A stretch of 53,166 nucleotides of DNA, filler included, from Basidioascus undulatus (taxonomy: Eukaryota), in the NCBI GenBank assembly GCA_000826855.1. It is 4 parts of 4 records of this genome, joined end to end, with 100 filler letters (N's around TTAATTAATTAA, not from the genome) between each part and the next. Parts side by side here need not be neighbours in the genome. Positions count along the whole stretch, not along the records: positions 28,851 to 40,966 come from JTLS01000948.1; positions 41,067 to 53,166 come from JTLS01000949.1; 2 more parts are not named here. One strand, written 5' to 3'. The notes under the pieces are model-generated. The model was given only the letters and a program-made list of their open reading frames with translations, did no database searches and was not told the DNA's origin. This document shows positions 37,131-49,923 of this stretch, one piece after another; positions within the stretch are counted from its first letter, which is position 1; each line of letters begins with the position of its first letter. Both the position numbers and the translations under genes were made by a program.

Positions 37131-39921
37131 TCGTGTGCACGTCGGTAAGGGATTGAATTAAGCCTGTGGTGGTGTTTGGGGGGCTGATGGTGAGGAGGAA
37201 ACCGTTGTCAGAATGCGAACGACCGCGGAGTCACGCGCTGTCCAAGCGCTCGGCTGCATGGTTTCAGACTGTCAACCCGGGTTGAAAATCCCAGAAAATG
37301 ATGAGTTGGAGGTGAAGAGTTTAAATCCAACAGCTCTTTTGCAATTTTATACGAGACATGCTCAGCTCATGGCTGTGCACTGAGGCACCGTCGACCTCGT
37401 TGGACGCGTTCAAGGAGTATTGGCTGAGCCTAGTGAACATACGAGGCTCACGTTTATAAGGGTTTTCCGGGAAGTTTCAACAAATTTGCTTGAGCGGTTA
37501 ATTCGTTGAAAGGTAGAACAACCGCTTTCATTTCCCAACAGCGCGCACACACTTCGTTCTAGGGACGCACACTACTTACTTTTAACTGTGAGAAGCGCAG
37601 CCTCGTCACGATATAGGCCATCAGAATTCAGAATCTCGTTCAAGGTATTGGAAGAGAATATACCAAGTTTACAAGGGCCAGTGCAACGAACATATACCCA
37701 GACTAAAGAGGGAACTTGTGGTGCATCGAAGACAACGGAATTGCAGCACCAATCTCACTTGGCCAACCCGACCAAGACAGCATCTGCTGTTCAGAATAAC
37801 AGAGCACATTATTTCAGTCAGACGCAGAATAAAAGCTAGCCGCAATGAAGCATACGCGATGTACAGCCGGATACCATCTTGATCTTCATTTCAAGCTTGG
37901 ACAGTCCTTGGCGCCGTCGTCCTCGTGCGGCAGCGGAACGCGCCTTTATCAGTGCGCCCCTCCTCCATCGTTAGGGCCGGCCACAGTTTCGGACCTGATC
38001 CACACTCCTCCACCCGAGCGCCCTTTACGTTCCTAGGCGACTTGGAGCTTGCGTGGGTGGTGGAACCGGGGGAAGATCGAGTTCGCATTCTCACAGCCAA
38101 ATGCCCTGCTCATCGAAGTTTTCGACGAGGCCGACGCGGACTGGCTTGACGCAAAGAAGGGCGGCGGCGCGGGGGGTGGTGGGGACTGGTCCGAATTGGG
38201 CGCCTGCACTGTATAGGACGTGAAATGCGTTACACTGAAAAATCCCTCCTTCCTCAAGGATAGAGGACCAAGATTTCAACGCACGTTTTTGCGCCAGTCT
38301 CTCTTCCTCACGCTTTCGGACGCCGTTTCACCGGTTGTCTTATGTGGAGTGGAAAGCTTTTTATGGACAGCCGAGGCAGAGGTCCCCAAGTTGCGGGCAC
38401 ATCCCCAGAAGAAGAGTCGGCCATTGGAGGAGCAGCTCCCGAAGAAGGGAGGGGGATCTCGGAGCCGAGGTTGACGCGGAGACATTGTTCGACGGGGTAC
38501 TTGAGGTGCGGGGCGTAAATATTGAACAACTGCCAGAATTAAGGGTCGTTCAATTTGAGAGCGGGAAGGGAAAATAGGTAGACGGAACGCACGACCCGAA
38601 GACGAACTGGATCATCTTGCGCGAAGACGTCGCCGCAGAAGAGCGGCTGGGGCGGCTCGGTCGCTCGCATCGTGGGGGTTCTGTGGGGGTGCGCCTGGGC
38701 TTGGTGTTCGTTGAAGGTGGTCATTGTGGTAAGGGCTTGGGGGAATCGAGGGAGGGAGCGGAGAGATGTGAGTGCTACGAGGAGCTGGAGTGTGGGTTTC
38801 ACAGGTGCAAGCAGGCTACATTGAAAAACACTGAGGTGAAACAGTCATGGGTAAATATGAAAAGAGGAAACACGTCAAGGAACTGGATAGCACAACAGTG
38901 TTATTGTTTCTACAGCAGCCTTAACTGCGCAATGCTGAACTGATCACGAGCAGGGCGAAGCAGTCCTGTTCATGCTTGCCACAACCAGAAAGGATAAAAT
39001 TTCATTCCCTTCATATCAAATCCTACCGAATATCCAGGCTGGACTCTGCGTCAAGAACAAGAATGGGAGTGGATCATGCGTGGGCTGCACGATGTATCTT
39101 CCGAACAATGGATAGTCTCACGCGATATGGCTTCATGTCGGGGATTCTCAGAAGTTTGAAGTAAAGAATCCATGTGTACCAGGTCTTGTACTCGGATGCT
39201 TAAAAACCGGGAACAAAAGGTCAGGACGCATGGAAGACGTGCATATGAAGCTTGCATTCTGGGATGCAGTTTTGATGCAGTCCGAGCTTGCACTGCAGCT
39301 TCTCAGCACCCGCAGGATATCACAATTTTTCAAACCTGCCCTCCTGAGTAATAATGAAAGGTTTGAAAGGGGCCATTAGCCACCATGTACCCTCCTCCCA
39401 TTAGAGGCAAGTGCTCCCACAACTCCTCCGCCCATAAACGGCTAAGTGCCCACCTCGGGTTCCTCCACCGCCCCGAGCCGCGTCGACTCGCAGGGTGCAG
39501 ATGCGCAGGTCATGCTCGAGGTGCCGACCATTCCGGAAACCCATAGATCTCTTCCAGTGCCATAACTGCCTCCTCCCATCACTCCCATCATCCCCATCAT
39601 CTATCTGCGACGCGTCCAATAGCGCGAGTATCATTGCGCAAAAGAAATCCACGCACGTGACGATAAGCGGTGCCCCGCCAGATAACGAGAGTTGAGTCCC
39701 CAGGTCGATCTTCCTTGCTGTCAGGTCTTCCTTCCACATTCATTCATGATCCTCGAGCTCCTTGTGCGCTGTATTCATTAAGCTTTCCGCTAGGAAGAGT
39801 CACAACGACGCTGGAGGCTTCAGCGATCCACAATCGTTATCGGCTGGTCTCCTGCCCGCGACGTCTCGTCTTCTCCCTTCACTTCAGTCCCTCGCTCGCT
39901 CGCTCGCCCCTCCCCATCACC

Positions 39922-40966
39922 ATGTTCGCCCGCTCGCTCCTCGCCCCGCGCGGGCCCGCCACGCGTGCGCTTCTTCGCGTCCCAACACGCACGCTCCGCT
40001 CGAGCGCGATCGTGCGCTCCGAAGCGGCGGCAGCGACCGTGCCGCCGCCGAGTGCGCGCGGCGCGCTCTCTCCGCACCCTCCCCCTCCGCCGGAGCAGGC
40101 GCAGAGCCTGACGCCCTCAAGCGGTCCGGATGGGGCGACGCATGCTGTTATTGTGCGTGTTTCGTCTTGGTGAGGGGAGGAGGGGATGGGAAGGCTGAGA
40201 GGGAGGAGGGCCCAGTCGAGCTTCGATATGTTCACTGTCGGTCCGTCTGATCTTTCTTGTGTAGTTGGCGGAAGAAAGACGGCTGATGGATCGGGATTGC
40301 ATGGCGGAAAGGCATCGGCCCCTCCTCAAGCCATACCATCGGGCCCCTCCGCGCAGCGCGCATCTTCGTGCTCGACATCGAGCAGCTCGGCCTTCTCGAC
40401 CAGGTGCGCTCACACTCCTTTCCTCACTTATTACATTCCTCCATCTTCATTCGCAAATTGAGCACCTCCACTCCCTCCAGGTGAAAACTCTCAAAGTGAC
40501 CTTGTACGTCTTCTGCCACCCTCTCCCCGCCCTTCCCTTCTCTGCCTTTTCTCTCCTCCCCCTCCTTCCCCGCTAAATTGTCCCATCCGCAAAAGGTACG
40601 GCTCCCTAGCAGCCACCGGCAAGGGGCACCACACGCCGCAAGCCCTCTGCTTCGGGTTCGAGGGGGTCGACAGCGAGGACCTCTCGCTCGACGTGGACAC
40701 GCTCCCTGGGCGGTATAGGACCATCCGCGAGACGAAGACGCTTGTGCTTGGAGGAAGGAAGAGGATCGCGTTTGATGGGGAGAAGGATATGGTGCGTCCT
40801 TCTCTCGTCCCCCTCTTCTGATGCTCCCCCGCCGAGGTGCGGTTCGTGCCGGTGCTGATCTGAGGGATTGGACAGCTGTGGAAATACGGCGAGAGTCTGC
40901 CGCAGCAGGTCTCCTAGGTGAACAGCCTCTAGTTGATAGAACAATGTAGATAAGGGAAGTCGGCAA
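39922..40966 (+). CDS. Hypothetical mitochondrially targeted protein, truncated by gap
   Basis: Typical presequence [33 protein letters not shown]; later exons unresolved. Confidence 0.4.
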
Positions 40967-41066
40967 NNNNNNNNNNNNNNNNNNNNNNNNNNNNNNNNNN
41001 NNNNNNNNNNTTAATTAATTAANNNNNNNNNNNNNNNNNNNNNNNNNNNNNNNNNNNNNNNNNNNN
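40967..41066. other. Artificial contig linker N44-TTAATTAATTAA-N44
   Basis: Identical spacer. Confidence 0.97.
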
Positions 41067-41540
41067 GTGGAGGGGAAGCGCGGCGCGGAGATGGAGGGGA
41101 AATTCGTGGCGCTTGAGGGAAGTATGGAATATGGATCAACGATGTTGTCGGAGCAGCTTTCGCATTTCTCTTTGCTTGGATTTGCTAGCTCAGCCGACAA
41201 GTACTGCCGGGCCACTTGCGTTGGGGTTTCACGGGGTGCCACCACATATGGCAGTAATCCCAGCACCCACGCAATTTTCTGGATGTTGCCTTGCTTGCAA
41301 TTATCGGTCAGTACATATCCGCGGCATGTGGACATTGCACCTCCGGAAGCTCCGATCACGCGAGTCTTGTCAGATCGTGCTCCTACATATTCTTGACTGT
41401 CCATGACCAGTGCTTCCTCCTTCCCACTCCACCTCGTCTTGCCTCAAACACCGCCGCATCCAGAGCGTGGCCTCTTACCATCGGTCTCTCCTGCTCAACT
41501 TCCACAGCTCGTTTCGCGTCTCACGCCTACATCGATCGCC

Positions 41541-43290
41541 ATGCCGAGCACTACGACAGTCGAGAACAGACCACGTCCACTTCGAGCACGCTTCCCCTCA
41601 TTGGGAAGCTCCCACGTGCACTCCGCGCGCGTCTTCGTCTGCCCCGCGGCTGCCGTCCCGCACCCAAGCCTCTCATACTGGCTCCAGGGCGTCCGAGCGA
41701 ACCCGCTCCTCGATCACCGCTCGACGCCGGAGCTGTCCGCTGAGGCTGGCGTGGTCGTCATCGGCTCGGGGGTGAGCTTTCGCGCCGGCTTGCTTTTGAT
41801 AAGAAGAATGCATGCTAAGCGGACGGTTTCACAGTTTTCGGGGTCGTTGATCGCCTACCAGCTGCTGTACGGCCCGGACCCGCCGAAATCGGTCTTGTTG
41901 CTCGAGGCGCGGGAGACGTGCAGTGGCGCGACTGGCCGCAATGCAGGACACTGTAAGCCTGACCAGGTGAATCAAAATTCAGCTTGTGTAGCCTCAAATG
42001 AGCGCTGAGATAGCTGCAGTGGCGAGGATTCATGAAAGACGAAGCGCAGTTCGGAGCAGAGCAAGCGTTGAAGGTAAGCCGACGGGTATGCATGTCAATG
42101 TTCTCATACCGAACACTGCCGATCACGCTTCAGATCCTAGCAAACGAAGGCAAGACTTTTCGGACCACCGTAGACTTCATCCAGCGCGGAAAGGTCGACT
42201 GCGAACTTTGGGTGGGCGACACAGTGCGGAGACAGACTGCCTTGAAGACAAGCCTAAATGTTGACTGACTGCGATCCCTACAGCTGGACGTCGCCATGAC
42301 GGAGGAACTCGCAGAAGCGGGAAAAGGCGCCTTCGAGCGCTACTTCGCAGCCGGAGGGGATGTGAGCCACGTCGAGCATATAACGGACAAGGCGGAAGCT
42401 GCGAAGGTAGGGTCGCTCTTTTATCTGCGACAAAGGTTGATTGCTCACTGCTTGGTATCTGATTTCAGGTTTCCCGTCTTCCCAGTGCCCACGCGGTATG
42501 GCGTTGGAAGGCGGCGAGCCTGTATCCATGGAAGCTCGGTGCGTTTGGGGGATATAGATTCATCGTTCCTGCGTCTCTCCACTTGAACGCTGAACATCAT
42601 AAGGGCGCAGTCGCTCACCTCCTCAACGTCTCCCTCCCTCTCGGGCTAAACCTGCAAACCCACACGCCGGCCACCTCCCGTCTTCCCCTCGGCTACGTCC
42701 CCCGGCCAGTGGGCAGTGCACACGCCGCGCGGCAGTACGACGACGCCAACGGTCATCCACGCCACCAACGCCTTCGCATCAACACTCGTGCCTCTCCTCG
42801 AGGTCTCATCACGCCCGAGGTCTTCATCTGCAACAAGATCGTCCGCCTGCGTCGTTCGCGGGCTCGAAGGCCCTGCAGAACACGTACGGCGTCTTACTAC
42901 CTGGCAACTCGCTCTTCTCCATCAATCCCCGAGCAACTCTGACGGAATGTGCGTATTTTATATCTGGAAATCTTAACTTCTCCTCCGCTTCGGAAAGGAA
43001 CAACTAAAGCGCATTCCTCGCAAGTGCCCTCTTCGACCGAAACGGCCCTCAGCAGTACCAACTGCACGAGCTACTCGCGCAGCACCCTGAAAAGCAGGGC
43101 GACGACCGGCTCATGAACTTCGCACCGATTGGAGACGCCGTCACCGACTTCACGAAGAGGGAGTTTGGTTGGAAGAAGGACCTAGCGCCTGGCGAAGGTT
43201 TCGACTACAACTGGAGCGGTGTTCTGGGCCGGGCCCTCGACGTGGAAGGGGCAGGCGGGGCAGAGTATGGAGCCGTGAGGCTCGGGAGAT
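41541..43290 (+). pseudogene. FAD-dependent oxidoreductase (DAO/PuuB-like family), degenerate
   Basis: PHPSLSYWL, VVVIGSGFSG, LLEARETCSGATGRNAGHCKPD, GLNLQTHTP, VHTPRG..VIHATNAF and YNWSGVLG. Frameshifts near 42675 and 42800; no recognisable GxxGHGM C-terminus. Confidence 0.8.
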
Positions 43291-45135
43291 AGCAAAGGAA
43301 CTGCTCCTTATTCTGGTGAAGTTTGTGTGAGCTTCGTAGGAACTTCATAATGTATTCAGTCACAGAGGTACAAATGTCAGACGGTGCGGCGAAGCGCTTC
43401 AATGTCCTCGGAACCAAACGGAGATGATCGAAGAGAGACTCATTAGGTACGCAGTGCTTCCTCGATGCCCAGATCGTGTTTTGTCTCGGGGGATTCACGT
43501 ACCGCTCAGAGAGTATTGGTTGGTGCACTAATTAGCGTTGGCGACGACGGAGACAGCGCTGGGAGAGCCAGCGGGTTGCAGCCACCTGTCCTTCCGCTGC
43601 CCAATCAGCAGATCATCGTCACAGCTCCAGCAGGACAAAGTATGTGGAGAATGTAGATTCTCCATCGCATTCTGGAGACCTCACTTGATCATATTCAGAA
43701 TGCCTACCGACTAGACTTGTCAATGTTGGCTGCGGGCTGATGTTGGGTTCGGTCTGGCCCTGCATAGTCATGGGGCTATTTAGACCTTAGCTAGTCACGG
43801 GTCATGGACCTCTTCTTTTTTATGACCATCGCAGGAAGAGGGCTATGCGGCAGACTGCGTGTCAAGCCGGACGAGGTCTTCGTCCCTCGCATGTCTTCAT
43901 TGGGTACAAACCTTTGTACCTGCTATGACCACAATAAACACATGTCATGATGCCGGAAAACAAAAAAAAAAACCCCCGGGAGCAGCGTGCCAGGATGGTT
44001 GCCTTAACATTGGTGTTGAAGGCCGCACCGGTGAAATTATGAAGGAGGTGGAAGGGAACCGCGCTGGTCTTCCTCTTCCTCCAACCATCATGTCCTCTCC
44101 TGAGTGTTCCATGGACGCCAGCCTGCTCTCACCAACCCAAGGCAGCCACGCCCTCCTCCGGCGCGTCTTCTCCCGTCCCTTCTCCTCCGACCGCTGGGCG
44201 CGCCTCATCCGCCTCTTCTCCCTCAACAAGGACGTTCTTCCCTTGACCATCTTCATCTCTGACCTGAGCGCGTTGGAGTTCCCATGGCACGGCTTCGAGG
44301 GTGTGAAACCCGACTTTGCGGGACCCATGAACAACTTACGGTTGTGGAGGAGTACGCTTCGCAGGCGGCGGGCACGGGCTGCAAGCAAATGGTAGCCGCA
44401 TAATTCGAGTGCCTCTCTCAGGCAGCCACCTCAAGCAGCCCCGACTCAACTTGACTCGACACATCGATCTTTGCCGGGACGTTCACTGGAAGTGATCGAT
44501 ATTCTCAGTGTCGAGATTCTTTTCCATCGCGACACTAACCACGCCCCGTCCCCGGGCATGTGTTCGCTCGCATTCGCAGGTCAAGTGGGGCGGCTTTATG
44601 CTGACGCTCGTGATAAGCTGTGTTTGGCCGTGCAAACGCGCACGGATCCTGGCGGCGAGTCGTCGCTCGAATCATATTCGAAGGTGAGGTCTGGCGCATC
44701 GGTAATGGACATCTTCTTGCTATCATCGTCGCAAGTACCTTTCGCAGCCGGCAACCGCCGAGGCCGATGGGCAATGATCCCCCGCCAGAATCAGAGGCGG
44801 CGCAGGCACAAGGGCGGCAGTGCTCCGTGCCCGCGAGGCGCTGTGCTTCTCGCCGAAGTCTTCGAGCGTTCCATGCGCCCGGGCGGGCGGCCAAGGGAAG
44901 CATTCCGCATTTCCACGTGACTGACCACCTCATGGAAACTGGAGCTCTGCAACTGTGCACCTTGATGCACCTGGCCAAGCGCGGCATCCGAAAAGCTTAC
45001 CCCTCGCCGTCCAGCCGGTACATCTTCTCGCTCCATCTCGCTCTGCTTCGTGATCCTCCCCTTGCAAATCTCCCCTCCCTGCCAAACCCCTCTGGGCTTC
45101 TCAAATACCCTCCGAAATTTCCTTCTCGTCCAAAG

Positions 45136-47620
45136 ATGGACTCGCAAGAGAGAGATGGTCAGTCGGGCGTTCCCGCCGCTTATTCGCTCTGGTGCCTTGG
45201 GGACGACCAGCAGATCCCACCGCGCTTAGCCTTCACCCGCTGACGATTTATGGGAACACGGGCCGTCCAAGCAGTGAACGAAAGGGCCGCCCCCCATAGA
45301 CTAATTTCAGAGGCCGCGGCGGAGCAAGTCGTGTCTCCAGTGTAGGAAAGGCAAGAACAAGTGTATAGGCGACGCACCGTGCAGTCGATGTCAGGAACGG
45401 GGACTAGAGTGCAGATTCCCGGATACCTTGTGCGTCGTCCCCAGGTAGCTTAGTCGTGGGACGTGGTGCTCGTTGAGGCTGAAATAAATCTTACTGCAGA
45501 CGAACCCGAGGTTCTGATCGTACTCCTCGGCTCAGGGGGACCCATCGCGTGGCCGTTGAACCAACCGTGCAGCCGAGATACCCTGCTCCGGTCTCGCTTG
45601 CCGATTTTTCAGCGGTAAGCAGAGCGCCTTCGAAATAATCCGCCTTGCATGGTTCTCAATCGTATGCCGTGTGCCAGACGATAGCCAGGAGCAGCGACAC
45701 ACCGAGCACGTCTGCAGACACCGACCGTCCTCCAGTGCGTTGATCGATCCTGAAGAGCCCCACCCGACGTCTGACCATTCGCGAAAATGATTCAGCCTAC
45801 CCTCACCTTCTCCTCTCCACCGTCCCTTTCGGATTCGTACATCGGCTCCCTCGCGACTCCCGACCTCGCCAGCTCGCCCTGCTGCGCACTTCCCTTCATA
45901 TCCGCAGGCGGCCCTCCAACAATCCCGTCACCCGTTGGCCAGCCAGCAATGTCCTACATGCGAGTGACTTACTGGGACGCGCTCGCCGACGAGCTGATCG
46001 CGAAGGGACTGGATCGGAATGCGGCGTCTCAGCAGCTGTTCAACGTCCTCCAATCGGTACTCTACGTCAACTGTGCGTCTTTTCCAGTCTCCGTAGACTC
46101 CCTCTGCATGGGGATCCTGTCTAAGATTTTCTCCATAGTTGGACAAGAGTTCGTCGGAGAGCAGCTAAATGTGCCGGCGCTTCTGCAAAGGTCCGTCCGA
46201 CACTTGCAGCTTGTGCTCAGCGCTCGGCTTCACTCGCGCTTACGCCTCGCTCAGTCTTTCTCGTACCGAAACGCGATGTGATATATCACCGGCGCTTGTC
46301 TACGCCTTGCTCGCCTTGGGCTACGCGTGCAAAACATGGCCTGGCGTTCCTGACGCCGAGGCAATGTCCGAACGCGCTTTTCGAATGCGATATCTTGCGC
46401 AGGGCGCGCTCGAGGCGTCCATCTGCGCCAACGCTATCAGTCTCAGCGTGGCTCAGGCTGCGAACGTAGGCGTGCGGGTTGCAAGGGTGTCGGAGGTGCT
46501 ATACTGACATCTCGACAGGTTCTCTGCCATTTCGAACACATGCCTCACCGTCTTAACTCATCTTCGCGAATGCAATCTGCGTATGCAGTCGTCGCTTTCG
46601 GTGCTATGAAAGTCGCTCACGTCTGCCGCGACAGCCTCATTCTTCTCGACAACCTCATCGTCATCATGGATCTCACGAACATTGACGCGGGACAGTAAGC
46701 AGCCCGCTACATCCGGTAACCTCGTAACATCTCTGCTCTGACGCGATTTTCCCATTCACCGGCGTTAGGGATTGTTCAACATTCGACGAAGACGGCTGTC
46801 TATATCGCCACCCTTTATCGTTGTGCCATTCTTCCGATTCCTCCGCGACGGCGCGGGCACGCGATCGCGGGCTCACGGAGACGACCGGCTCGGTTGGTCT
46901 TACACTGGAAAAGTGAGTGCGAAAGTCGTTGCGCGAGCGTGCTCGCGGTCCGAAGCCTACGCCTTGGGGCACAGCTCTACTCGGGTTTCACAGTGCCTGG
47001 TCGTTGTCCGATATCCGAAAAGAGGAAGCTCGTCGGTACGCCCCCATATCTGGGCTCGGTTCCCCCCACAGGGTACGACATGACCAATACGTCTCTGTGC
47101 AGGCTGGTTTGGAGCACTGTGATCAAAGCAGTAGGTTCGCTTCACGAGACCAGAAGAGCGGGTAGGCGTTCTGATTGTTTGTGGCCAGTGGCGGCTTCAA
47201 CACTACCTTCCACACCTGATCTGTGCCACTTCACATCGCTCAGCCTCAGCGATTCGTGCTCTATCTTCCAGGCGAAGCTCTCTGTATCACGTCGCTCCCC
47301 GCTCAGGCAGTACCTTTCAAATTCTCTAAGTTCTCTGAAAATGCGGTGTTAACAACCGTGTTCGCTCCGCTCAGGCTCTGCAATACCGCATCTCTAATTT
47401 GTGGGCTTTGTATGCCCATGCTCTGTGTAAGCGTCTTTCTCTACATACGTGGTTGATTCTTACGTCCTCTATACCCGATACTAGTACTCGGCAACGGATC
47501 TTTGCGCCTACAGACGTCCCTCGGGCATGATGAGCTTCGGGAACAAGTCATGACGGGATGCGCGCCCGAGATACAACAACCCCTCTCCACGGTTCTCGGC
47601 GGTGAGCATGTGGGTCAAGT
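45136..47620 (+). pseudogene. Zn(II)2Cys6 fungal transcription factor, probably degenerate
   Basis: 45311-45421 encodes RPRRSKSCLQCRKGKNKCIGDAPCSRCQERGLECRFP (C-x2-C-x6-C-x5-C-x2-C-x6-C). Downstream Fungal_trans-like segments include ALVYALLALG and SLSVAQAA. Not captured in the ORF track; 3' boundary approximate. Confidence 0.75.
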
Positions 47621-48794
47621 GCTTAGCGAGGAATAATCGTGGAAGGACGGTTATGTGCTTTACACTACTTCTGTAAGTGCAACTTTGGACGTAGGCTCGG
47701 TCACCCGCCCCTGCGTTTCGCTGGAAGGGTAGCTACAAGGCCGCACGAGCAACTTGGGCTGCCATCGCTTCATATTCGAGAGCTGTTATACGGCTGCACC
47801 TCAGAGCACCTCTCAATCTGAAGCACCTGTCAGTCGGCTTACTTGCACGCCGAGCACGGTTGGCAGGCCAGTTCTGGCAAGAGCCAACCCGAGGCCGGCG
47901 ACAGCGAAGCACAGGGCGAGAGATGCGATGGTGACTACTATACCAGAGTGCACATGAAGCAACAAACAGATCGAGATACCAGAGCAGTGAAAACGAGATT
48001 AGGTAAATGGTGAAACGGAACGTGCCATGACGTGACGAGGATGACGTGTGATGCAGCTATACGTTAATTCGGCCAGGCGAGAAGAGCAACGCAACTATCG
48101 CTTCCGTGAGCCGCTGTGCATCCTGGCAGTGGTTGAAAAGGCGGAATGCCCGGTTGAGGTGAAAAGTATCCAAACACTTATAGTTTAATGGCTTCAGATA
48201 CAATAATGTGCAAGAAACACCTCTGTTGACTTATCAAGGTCTACTGTTTCCGCAAGGGGCTTGATATGAAACCAGAAACGCAGACTGATATGCAAGTGGA
48301 CAAACTTCAAGCCTGTGATCCTCACCATGAAAACACATACCTTTTGTAATATCTTAAATGGGACCACATGCTTGGTCAGTAAAGACTTGGAACTGCCCAG
48401 TCTAGCGACATGGGAGTTTCACACGTTTGGGCCAATCATTCTGCGCCTAGGCTGCCAGCCCAAACATTCTTTCCCTTATGGGAGGTCCATACCAGTATAT
48501 AAGGCTTTCTATACCTTAAATACTAGTAGGGCGTGAACAGCTCATAGCAAATGCCAGACTGTTCAGCCCGAACTTGAGAGTGAGCGGGCGGCTCACTCTC
48601 CAGCTCGTTGCGCCGGCTCAGCAGCTCCAGGAAGACCAAGTTTCATGATATACTCATTCAATGTATGTGATTGTCCACAAGCTCTAGCGGCTCGACGCCC
48701 CTCTTACCCACATTTCACTGCCGCTTCCATCTCTGTACTACGCACGCCAACAACTTCCAATCCGCCTCAAACACACGTCCCTTACCTCACAACA

Positions 48795-49900
48795 ATGTCA
48801 TACACGACCCCGCAGGGCTCCGGCTCCTACGTCTTCAAAGTTGAGCTTGTTGGGAGCTCAAATGCGCTTTGGCGGCATCCCCGAGGACCCCTCTGTCTAG
48901 CCCAAGGCGGTTGTTGTCCGCATAGGCGCACAGCCCAATAACTCGCCGCATGCCGGGATGATCGTCTGCTTCTCCTTTACCTTCCATCTTGCCAAGGCCT
49001 TCCACGAACGTCGCCAGGACCTGAAGGTCACGGTTCACCTTGATCTTGTCGACACTTCGCTGGACAACTAGGCCAATCTCCCAACCGGTTTTCAGCGCAG
49101 CCATTGTTTTACGCGCGGCATGGATTGTTTCTTGGCGATTACACCAAGCTTATGGAGACCTTCTCCCAGTCCCCGGGCGTACCTTAGCTTGGAACCTTCC
49201 AACACGATCTTGCGGGGATGGTCGCTGTTCAGCTGTCCTCCGCGCCGTTGTCAAGCAGTGCGACTATCTCGAACGGATCCTGGCCCTGGAGACAATGAGA
49301 CTTCCCATCCGCGCTGCCTGTCCGGTGTGCGGGATTGCCGATAAGCCGGTCCTCCAGAATCAAATGCCAATGCTTTCAATACCATCACCTTCCACTGTCG
49401 CGAGCACTGCCCACACACCGTGAAGTCTTGGCAAGCCTTCCGATCTTGTGCGTCTTGAGTACAACACCTCACTCTGCAACCTTGTGAGAGCCCTTGCCTT
49501 TGCCAATGATGCCCTCATCGATCATGTCCGCGGCACCGGAGCAGACTACTTGGGGGCGTACCAGGAGCAACTGCTTCTCCGGCCGTGGGTCCACCTGAGG
49601 AATGCGCATCCCCAACTTGCCCCTGCCATCTGCACGCCAGCAATCATCTACGCAACAGATTATCGTTTGGGTGGGATCCAAGCTGTCCAAGAGCCTGTAT
49701 GTCAAGCATGGTGCATACAAGTATCTCGCGAAGAGCTGCGTGTCGACTACTTGCTGTCGCTGCAGTGGATGAAGGAATCGGGGAGGGATCCAATGGTCCT
49801 CTTCAATGAAGTTGGTGCTGGATTGCGGAGCCTCGACACCTCTTCTATCTGTACAGTGTCGAGTATATCCATGGCCTATTAATGCGACGTGGTGGGGGTA
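48795..49900 (+). pseudogene. Intronless class I aminoacyl-tRNA synthetase-like (LysRS-I-like) nucleotidyltransferase, frameshifted
   Basis: RIGAQPNNSPHAGM (HIGH-like, about 48920-48960), VHLDLVDT, IRAACPVCGIADK, RLEYNT..NLVRAL, VRGTGADY.G.YQEQLL, GSKLSKSLYV (KMSKS-like, about 49674-49703) and WIAEPRHLF..YSVEY, spread across several frames. Confidence 0.75.
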
Positions 49901-49923
49901 GGCCTGGCTGAAATTCAAGGTGC

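Noticed and set aside
37845..38800. Possible minus-strand gene remnant
   Set aside because: Fragmented frames with no identifiable family motif.
44089..45040. ORF fragments upstream of the Zn2Cys6 gene
   Set aside because: Coding-like in places but no motif or coherent gene model.
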